Source: an uncultured Thermoplasmata archaeon
GTDB taxonomy: Archaea > Thermoplasmatota > Thermoplasmata > RBG-16-68-12
Direction: 5' to 3'
Assembly: GCA_963768855.1 (NCBI GenBank)
Contig: CAVYJM010000018.1
Span: 96,001-160,000 of the forward strand
DNA length: 64,000 bases
The number at the start of each line of letters is the position of its first letter. The stretch's first letter is position 1. This document shows positions 57,337-64,000 of the stretch, piece by piece. Under the pieces are notes generated by a model. It worked only from the letters and a program-made list of their open reading frames with translations. It did no database searches and was not told the DNA's origin. The position numbers and the translations under genes were made by a program.

Positions 57337-58215
57337 ATGAGCGTCATCGAGGTGGCGGGACTCGGGAAGACCTACCCAGGCGGGACGGAGGCCCTCCGGG
57401 ACGTGTCCTTCGAGGTCCAGAAGGGAGAGGTCTTCTGCCTCCTCGGGCGGAACGGGGCGGGCAAGACGACGCTCCTGCGAATCCTCGCGACGCAGCTCCG
57501 GCCGACGACGGGCCGTGTCACGGTCCTGGGCCACGATGTCGTCAAGGAAGCCAAGGCCGTCCGCGAGCGGATCTCGGTCGTCCCCCAGGAAGCCCGCCCG
57601 CAGATGATGCTCTCCGCGTACGACCACATCTACCTTATGTGCCGGATCCGCGGAACGCCGCGGGCGGAGGCGAAGCAGCGGACGAGGGCCATCATGGAGG
57701 AGTTCGATCTCTGGGAGCACAAGGACAAGCTCACCGCGGACCTCAGCGGTGGCCTGCGGCAGCGGGTCATGATCTCGATCGCGCTGACGATCGACGCGGA
57801 GCTCCTGTTCTTGGACGAGCCCACGATCGGCCTCGACCCCCTCGGCCGGAGGCAGGTGTGGGCCCTGATCCGCCGCCTCACGAAGGAAGGCGTCACCGTG
57901 CTGCTCACGACGCACTACATGGACGAGGCGGAGAAGCTCTCGGACCGGCTCGCCATCGTGGACAAGGGGCGGACCGTCTACCTCGGAGGCGTCGAGGAGG
58001 CGAAGGCCCGCGAGGGCCACGGGATGCAGGTCATCATCGAATCCCTGAACGACGGAGGGGAGCGGCAGGTGCTGAACCCCACGTCGGACCAGGAGATCGT
58101 CCAGATCGTCCAGCGAGGCATCCAGGAGGGCCGCAGGGTGACGTTCAAGCCGCCGACCCTGGAGGACGCGTTCATCGCGATGGTGGGAGGTGGGATCGAT
58201 GATGAGAACTCGTGA
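57337..58215 (+). CDS. ABC exporter ATP-binding protein
   Basis: GRNGAGKTT, LSGG, LFLDEPT, TTHYMDEAE. Confidence 0.95.
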   Translation: MSVIEVAGLGKTYPGGTEALRDVSFEVQKGEVFCLLGRNGAGKTTLLRILATQLRPTTGRVTVLGHDVVKEAKAVRERISVVPQEARPQMMLSAYDHIYLMCRIRGTPRAEAKQRTRAIMEEFDLWEHKDKLTADLSGGLRQRVMISIALTIDAELLFLDEPTIGLDPLGRRQVWALIRRLTKEGVTVLLTTHYMDEAEKLSDRLAIVDKGRTVYLGGVEEAKAREGHGMQVIIESLNDGGERQVLNPTSDQEIVQIVQRGIQEGRRVTFKPPTLEDAFIAMVGGGIDDENS

Positions 58216-58936
58216 AGCCCTCTACATTGGCCTCTTCGACTCCCTCCCGCTTCTGCGGGACCCGATGCTCATGATCCTCCTCAGCCTCATCTCCTTCCTT
58301 CCCGTCCTCTTCATCTTCGCGTTCGGAGTCGGAGGGACCGCCCTCTTGCAATCCGTCGTGGGGGCCATCGTCCTCAGCCTCGCGTTCGCCGGCATCGGAA
58401 GCGCGCAGTCCGTCTACTTCAACAAGCACTGGTTCCGGTTCCAGGACATCTTCGTGGCTTCCAGGGTCTCTCCGATCTCCTATGCCCTCGGCCTCAGCGT
58501 GAGCACGCTCCTCGTCTCGATGCCCGCCCTCGTCGTGGCGCTCGTGGTCCTCCTGCTCGGAACGTCCATGGGCATCCTCGGGCTGCTCGCCCTCCTGGCG
58601 GTCTGCGCGATCACGTGGATGGCGATGCTCCTCATGGGCTTCGCCCTCGGCGCGTCCACGAAGAACACCCGGCGCGCGAACTCCCTGCCGCAGCTCCTCG
58701 GCCTGCTGCTCGGGTTCCTGCCCCCGGTCTACTACCCGCTCAGCCAGCTGCCCTCGTACCTCCAGCCCTTCGCGCTCCTCATCCCGACGACCCACGCGGC
58801 CCAGCTCGCGAAGTACTACGCGGGCCTCATCCCGCTCAGCTCGTTCGACATCGGGCTCAGCTGGGCCTACCTGATCGGCTTCGTAATCCTCCTGGTCATC
58901 ATCGCCTCGAAACGAGCCCACTGGACCGACCCGTGA
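58199..58936 (+). CDS. ABC-2 type permease
   Basis: Six TM segments, PPVYYPL..LP...Q...LLIPTTHA. Confidence 0.88.
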   Translation: MMRTREALYIGLFDSLPLLRDPMLMILLSLISFLPVLFIFAFGVGGTALLQSVVGAIVLSLAFAGIGSAQSVYFNKHWFRFQDIFVASRVSPISYALGLSVSTLLVSMPALVVALVVLLLGTSMGILGLLALLAVCAITWMAMLLMGFALGASTKNTRRANSLPQLLGLLLGFLPPVYYPLSQLPSYLQPFALLIPTTHAAQLAKYYAGLIPLSSFDIGLSWAYLIGFVILLVIIASKRAHWTDP

Positions 58937-58958
58937 GGCGGCGGGACAAAAGGTAAAC

Positions 58959-59435
58959 GTGGCCCGTCCCCATCGCCTGGGCATGAAGGTCAGCTTCGTG
59001 TACACGGGAGTCCGCGTGAGGGACATGGACCGCGCGGTTGATTTCTTCACCCGCGTGCTCGGGATGAAGCTCGAAGGTCGAGTCAGGGTGCGGTGGACGA
59101 AGGGGGAGTTCGCGAACCTCCTAAGCGGGGACGGAAAGCACTGGTTGGAGCTGAACTGGTACGCGGACGACAGTCCCGTGGCGGGACCCTACCGAGAAGG
59201 CGACGAGCTGGACCACCTGGGGTTCGAGGTCGAGGACCTCAACGCCGCCCTGGAGCGGCTGAAGGAGGAAGGGTACACACCCAAGCACGGCCCGTTCCAT
59301 GGAGGCGGCTGGCATGTGGCCTTCGTGCCCGTGGTCGACGGCCTGTGGCTGGACGTGTTCCACCGCGGCCCGGCGAAGCCAGAGAAGAAGGCGAAGCCCA
59401 AGGCGAAGCGCGCGAGGCACGCGAAGCGGCGCTGA
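58959..59435 (+). CDS. VOC/glyoxalase family protein
   Basis: YTGVRVRDMDRAVDFFTRVLGMK, WLELNW, LDHLGFEVEDL. Confidence 0.88.
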   Translation: MARPHRLGMKVSFVYTGVRVRDMDRAVDFFTRVLGMKLEGRVRVRWTKGEFANLLSGDGKHWLELNWYADDSPVAGPYREGDELDHLGFEVEDLNAALERLKEEGYTPKHGPFHGGGWHVAFVPVVDGLWLDVFHRGPAKPEKKAKPKAKRARHAKRR

Positions 59436-59444
59436 ACGAGCCGC

Positions 59445-61379
59445 TCAGCTCTTCGCCGTCGGCGTCGGGCGCTCGAATCGCACCCGCAGCTGGTAGTTCC
59501 CCGCGGACGCGATCGTCTCGACGGGGAAACCAAGCTTGTGGAGCACCTTCATCGCGGCCGGGTTGTCCGGTAGGATTTCGGCCTCGAATCCCGCGATGCC
59601 GTTTTCGCGCGCGATCCGTGCGAGGTATTTCACCAGGTATGACCCAATCCCGCGCTTCTGGTAGTCGTCCCGCACGAGGTACGAGACCTCGGCGATGTTC
59701 GTGGCTCGGTTCAGGTAGTACCGCCCGATGCAGATGATCTCCTCGCGCTCCGGCTTGTCCGGGTCCTGCACGATGCCGACGATCCCCATCTCGTTCGTGT
59801 AGTCGATGTGGACGAAGTGGACGAGATCGCGGTGGGGCATCGACTTCAGGGAGCGGAAGAACCGGTGGTAGATCGTCTGCTCGGAGAGGCGGTAGAAGAG
59901 GTCCTTCATCATCTCCTCGTCCGTCATCTTGATCGGGCGGAAGAAGAGGCGCGTGCCGTCCTCGAAGGTGTGGCTCATCTCCCAGCGCTCCGGGTAGACC
60001 ATGCCAATCTCCGAGATCTCCGGGACGTCGTCCGCGATGTACTTGAAGCGCTTCGCCTCGCGGATGAGCTCGGGCCGGAACTTCGGGTGGGCGATCGAGA
60101 TGAGGGCGAGGGCACGCTCCTGGATCGTGCGGCCGTGGAGGTAGGCGACGCCCCATTCCGTGACGACGTAGTGCACGTCGCCGCGGCTCGTGACGACGCC
60201 GGCACCGGGCTTGAGCTGCGCGGCGATCCGCGAGACGGAGCCGTCCGCCGCGGTGGAAGGCAGCGCGATGATCGGCTTCCCTCCCTTGGACCGGGCGGCG
60301 CCGCGGACGAAGTCCACCTGCCCGCCGATCCCGGAGTAGAAGTAGGCGCCGAGGCTGTCCGCGCAGACCTGGCCCGTGAGGTCCACCTCGAGCGCGCTGT
60401 TGATTGACACCATCCGGTCGTTCTGCGCGATGACGAACGGATCGTTCGTGTACGAGACGGGGTGGAACTCGATGAACGGGTTGTTGTCCACGAACTCGTA
60501 GAGCTTTTTGGAACCCATGCAGAAGGCCGCGATGATCTTCCCGCGGTGCAGGGACTTCTTCATGTTCGTGATGACGCCGAGCTCGACGAGGTGCATCATG
60601 CCGTCGGAGAACATCTCCGTGTGGATCCCGAGGTCCTTCTTGTCCCGCAGGTAGTACAGGACGCTGTCCGGGATCGTCCCGATGCCCATCTGGAGCGTCG
60701 AGCCGTCCTCGATCAGGGTCGCGATGTACTTCCCGATGTTGCGGGCGGTCTCGTCCGCGACGCCCACCTGAGTCTCGAGGATCGGATAGTCCACGGGAAC
60801 GAGGAAGTCGATGTCGTCCACGTGGAGGAAGGAGTCACCGAGGGTACGCGGCATCTGTGTGTTGACCTCCGCGATGACGAGGTTGGCCGCTTCCGTCGCG
60901 GGCTTGACGACGTCCGTGCTCACGCCGTACGAGCAGTATCCGTGCCGGTCCGGCGGGCTCACCTGGATCAGCGCGACATCGATCGGCACGCGGCCGGTCT
61001 CGAAGAGCCGCGGGATCTCACCGAGGAAGATGGGGGTGTAGTCTGCGCGGCCCTGGGCGACCGCCTCCCGAACGTTCGGGCCGATGAAGAGCGCGTTGTG
61101 CCGGAAGTTGTCGCCCCACTTCGGCTCCGCGTAGGGCGCGATGCCGAGGGTCATGATGTGGACGATCTCCGTCCCGAACACGGCGTTCGCGCGACGGACG
61201 AGCGCCTCGACGAGCTTCTGCGGTTCCGCGGCGCCCGAACCGATGAAGATGTGGTCTCCGCTCTGGATCGCGCCGACGGCCTCGTCCGCGGATCGGACCT
61301 TCTCCTCGTACACCTGCTGCCAGTCCGGTGCGGAGGTCGAATCGGGTCTCTGCGTCGGGATCACCTTCAGGGCTCGCAC
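59445..61379 (-). CDS. Acetyl-CoA hydrolase/4-hydroxybutyrate CoA-transferase-family protein fused to a C-terminal GNAT domain
   Basis: TLQMGIG.IP, GIHTEM (catalytic Glu), EVDLTGQV, GGQVDF, VVTEWG; C-terminal EVSYLVRDDYQKRGIGSYL. Confidence 0.9.
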   Translation of the reverse strand: MRALKVIPTQRPDSTSAPDWQQVYEEKVRSADEAVGAIQSGDHIFIGSGAAEPQKLVEALVRRANAVFGTEIVHIMTLGIAPYAEPKWGDNFRHNALFIGPNVREAVAQGRADYTPIFLGEIPRLFETGRVPIDVALIQVSPPDRHGYCSYGVSTDVVKPATEAANLVIAEVNTQMPRTLGDSFLHVDDIDFLVPVDYPILETQVGVADETARNIGKYIATLIEDGSTLQMGIGTIPDSVLYYLRDKKDLGIHTEMFSDGMMHLVELGVITNMKKSLHRGKIIAAFCMGSKKLYEFVDNNPFIEFHPVSYTNDPFVIAQNDRMVSINSALEVDLTGQVCADSLGAYFYSGIGGQVDFVRGAARSKGGKPIIALPSTAADGSVSRIAAQLKPGAGVVTSRGDVHYVVTEWGVAYLHGRTIQERALALISIAHPKFRPELIREAKRFKYIADDVPEISEIGMVYPERWEMSHTFEDGTRLFFRPIKMTDEEMMKDLFYRLSEQTIYHRFFRSLKSMPHRDLVHFVHIDYTNEMGIVGIVQDPDKPEREEIICIGRYYLNRATNIAEVSYLVRDDYQKRGIGSYLVKYLARIARENGIAGFEAEILPDNPAAMKVLHKLGFPVETIASAGNYQLRVRFERPTPTAKS

Positions 61380-61397
61380 GGCTTCCGGAGGACACTT

Positions 61398-63359
61398 CTA
61401 CGGAGCCTTGCCCTCCACAGCCGCCAGCCACTTGCGTACTTCCTCGACCGCGCCCGGGTCCTCCAGCGTCGTCGTGTCGCCGATCTCCTGTCCGCTCACG
61501 AGGGCGCGGATCACGCGGCGCATGATCTTCCCGCTGCGGGTCTTCGGGAGCTTGTCCGTGATGTAGATCGCTTCCGGGGCGGCGATGGGCCCGATCTCCT
61601 GCCGAACGTGCCTCTTGAGCTCCGCCTTGAGCTCCTCGGAACGGACCTCGTTGCCCTTGAGGACGACGTAGGCCACGAGGACCTGCCCCTTGAGCTGGTC
61701 CGGCTTCCCGACGACCGCGGCCTCCGCGACCTTGGGATGGCTCACGAGGGCGGACTCGACCTCCATCGTCCCGATCCGGTGGCCGGCCAGGTTGATCACG
61801 TCGTCGATGCGGCCCATGAGCCAGAAGAATCCGTCCGCGTCGAGCCGGCACCCGTCCCCCGTGAAGTACTTGCCCTTGATCTGGGACCAGTACGTCGCCT
61901 TGTACCGCTCGGGGTCCTTGTAGATCGTCATGAGCATCGCGGGCCAGGGCTTCGTGATCACGAGATACCCCCCGTGGTTCGTGGTCGCGACCTTGCCGGT
62001 CTCGTCCACGACCTCGGCGAAGACGCCGGGGTACGGCCTCACCGCGGACCCGGGCTTCAGCGTGCTGATCCCGGGGAGCGGCGTGATCAGGATCATCCCC
62101 GTCTCCGTCTGCCACCAGGTGTCCACGACGGGACAGCGGCTGTTCCCGATCGTCTTGTAGTACCACCGCCACGCCTCGGGGTTGATCGGCTCACCGACGG
62201 AGCCGAGGAGACGCAGGGACGACAGGTCGTGCATCCGGGGCCACTCCTCGCCCCACCGCATGCATGCGCGGATCGCGGTCGGGGCCGTGTACATGATCGT
62301 GATCCCGTACTCCTCGACGAGCTGCCACCAGCGGTCCTGCTTCGGGAAGTCCGGGGCGCCCTCGTACATGAAGGACGTCGCGCCGATGGCCAAGGGCCCG
62401 TACACGATGTACGAGTGTCCGGTGACCCAGCCGATGTCGGCCGTGCACCAGTAGAAGTCGTCCTCGTGCATGTCGAAGATGAGGCGCTGCGTCGAGGCGA
62501 CGCCGACCAGATAACCGCCCGTGGAATGCACGATCCCCTTGGGCTTGCCCGTCGTCCCCGAGGTGTACAGGATGAAGAGCGGGTCCGTGGCGTCCAGGGG
62601 CTCGGGCGGGTACCAGGACTCCGCCTTCGCCATCGCGTCGTGCCACCAGAGGTCGCGGCCCTCCTTCATCGCGCAGTCGCCCGACGCGCGCTTGAAGACG
62701 ACGACGTGCTTCACGATCGGCAGGTCCGCAATCCCCTCATCGACCGCCTTCTTGAGGGCCACCAAGCCGCCGCGACGATAGCCGTAGTCCGTCGTGACGA
62801 CGACGCGCGAATCGGCGTCCACGACGCGGTCGTGAACCGCCTTGGAGCTGAAGCCACCGAAGATGACGCTGTGGATCGCGCCGATGCGGGCGCACGCGAG
62901 CATCGCGATCGGCAGCTCGGGGATCATGGGCATATAGATCGTGACCCGGTCCCCGCGCTTCACGCCAAGGCCCTTCAGGACGTTCGAGAACTTGTTGACC
63001 TCTCGCCAGAGCTGATAGTAGGTGAAGATCTTCTTGTCGCCCGGCTCGCCCTCCCACACGATCGCGGCCTTGTTGCGCCGCCCGTCGTGCAGGTGACGGT
63101 CTAGGCAGTTCTCGGAGACGTTGATCTTCCCGCCCACAAACCACTTCGCGAAGGGGGTCTCCCACTCGAGGACCTTGTCCCACTTCTTGACCCAGTGGAG
63201 GGACTCCGCCTCGCGGGCCCAGAACTTCTCGAAGTCCTTGTCGGCTTCGCGGTAAATCGAGTCATCCTTCACGAGCGCCTGCTCGGTGAACTCCTTCGGC
63301 GGGACGTACTTCTCGCCTTCCTTGAGCAGGCTGTCGATCGTTGCACTGGACACGACCAT
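61398..63359 (-). CDS. acs: AMP-forming acetyl-CoA synthetase
   Basis: YTSGTTGKPKG, WCTADIGWVTGHSY, DTWWQTETG, GRIDDV, PKTRSGKIMRR. Confidence 0.96.
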   Translation of the reverse strand: MVVSSATIDSLLKEGEKYVPPKEFTEQALVKDDSIYREADKDFEKFWAREAESLHWVKKWDKVLEWETPFAKWFVGGKINVSENCLDRHLHDGRRNKAAIVWEGEPGDKKIFTYYQLWREVNKFSNVLKGLGVKRGDRVTIYMPMIPELPIAMLACARIGAIHSVIFGGFSSKAVHDRVVDADSRVVVTTDYGYRRGGLVALKKAVDEGIADLPIVKHVVVFKRASGDCAMKEGRDLWWHDAMAKAESWYPPEPLDATDPLFILYTSGTTGKPKGIVHSTGGYLVGVASTQRLIFDMHEDDFYWCTADIGWVTGHSYIVYGPLAIGATSFMYEGAPDFPKQDRWWQLVEEYGITIMYTAPTAIRACMRWGEEWPRMHDLSSLRLLGSVGEPINPEAWRWYYKTIGNSRCPVVDTWWQTETGMILITPLPGISTLKPGSAVRPYPGVFAEVVDETGKVATTNHGGYLVITKPWPAMLMTIYKDPERYKATYWSQIKGKYFTGDGCRLDADGFFWLMGRIDDVINLAGHRIGTMEVESALVSHPKVAEAAVVGKPDQLKGQVLVAYVVLKGNEVRSEELKAELKRHVRQEIGPIAAPEAIYITDKLPKTRSGKIMRRVIRALVSGQEIGDTTTLEDPGAVEEVRKWLAAVEGKAP

Positions 63360-63597
63360 GTTGTCACGTACCCCGGTATAGAACGAATCGACGGCGTTCT
63401 CCCTTTTATAAGGGCTAGTCAAGCACAATCCTTAGAAGGTATATAGCGTGAGCGCATTTGGCCGTCCGCAAGGTCTCGGCGCGCACGCTCCCCGTCCCCG
63501 TACGGTATGTTCCATAGCTCTTTGCGTCTAGGAAGCTCACCGGGCGGAGAAGTCCACAGGAGATACGGTGGACCGAAATGGACGGAGGTAGAGGAAA

Positions 63598-64000
63598 ATG
63601 AGTCAGCAGGTGGTGTTCCCGAATCCGAGCGTTCATGACAAAGCCCTCATGGCAGACCCCGCGCCGCTCGGTCTGGCGGGCTTCGCGTTCACGACGTTCC
63701 TCCTCAGCTTCGTGAACGCCGGGTGGATCCAGGAGGGCGACGCGATCGGGACGATCATTCCGCTCGCGATCTTCTGGGGCGGCCTCTGCCAGCTCCTAGC
63801 GGGCATGTTCGAGATGCGCAAGGGGAACACATTCGGGTTCACGGCCTTCAGCAGCTATGGGGCCTTCTGGCTCTTTGTCGCGTTCCTGCTCATCCTAGGG
63901 AACATAGGCGTCGTCACGGTCACGGCCCTGGGACTCGGCACCGCGCTCTTGCTCTTCGGGATCTTCACCTTCTACATGTGGATCCCCGCGATGTTCGCGA
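63598..64000 (+). CDS. satP: Acetate uptake transporter (SatP/GPR1/FUN34/YaaH), runs off the window
   Basis: Manual translation MSQQVV...ADPAPLGLAGFAFTTFLLSFVNAG...GGLCQLLAGMFE.RKGNTFG.TAFSSYGAFW. Confidence 0.9.
   Translation, partial: MSQQVVFPNPSVHDKALMADPAPLGLAGFAFTTFLLSFVNAGWIQEGDAIGTIIPLAIFWGGLCQLLAGMFEMRKGNTFGFTAFSSYGAFWLFVAFLLILGNIGVVTVTALGLGTALLLFGIFTFYMWIPAMFA

Overview
GC-rich archaeal DNA. The evidence is FEN1 with a PIP box, an LSm protein, a LysW carrier, an archaeal tRNA-Asp and BRE/TATA promoters. The gene mix suggests Thermoplasmatota, which is an inference. Core genes: M3 peptidase, acyl-CoA dehydrogenase plus an AbfD-like protein, a MoxR operon, tal/tkt/rpe, FEN1, DUF92, phosphohexomutase, NDP-sugar pyrophosphorylase, LSm, frdABCD, an ABC exporter, and an acetate cluster (acs, CoA-transferase-GNAT, satP). 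Top finding: a 7.4-kb integrated element (16621-24031) bounded by an 11-bp direct repeat (AATTAGGCTTT). The repeat lies in the BRE/TATA promoter of tRNA-Asp rather than in the tRNA. The element encodes a tyrosine integrase, a histone-fold protein, an RHH protein, a Zn-finger protein, an HTH-fused large terminase, an HTH/Rep-like protein with iteron-like repeats and several membrane proteins. No recognisable portal, capsid or tail gene is present, so it is a candidate archaeal virus satellite; a deleted provirus is the alternative. Second finding: an uninterrupted ~2,380-aa protein built as Zn ribbon, helical repeats, two [Ig-like + longin-like] modules, then an IleRS-like C-terminal module. 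The region 3' of tRNA-Asp (about 6.9-16.5 kb) looks like an older, decayed island with tRNA-end remnants, a broken integrase, a truncated LysW-type arginine operon and lutCB. Several truncation junctions and 1-nt frameshifts could be real decay or assembly errors. All family assignments come from motif recognition by eye; no searches were run.
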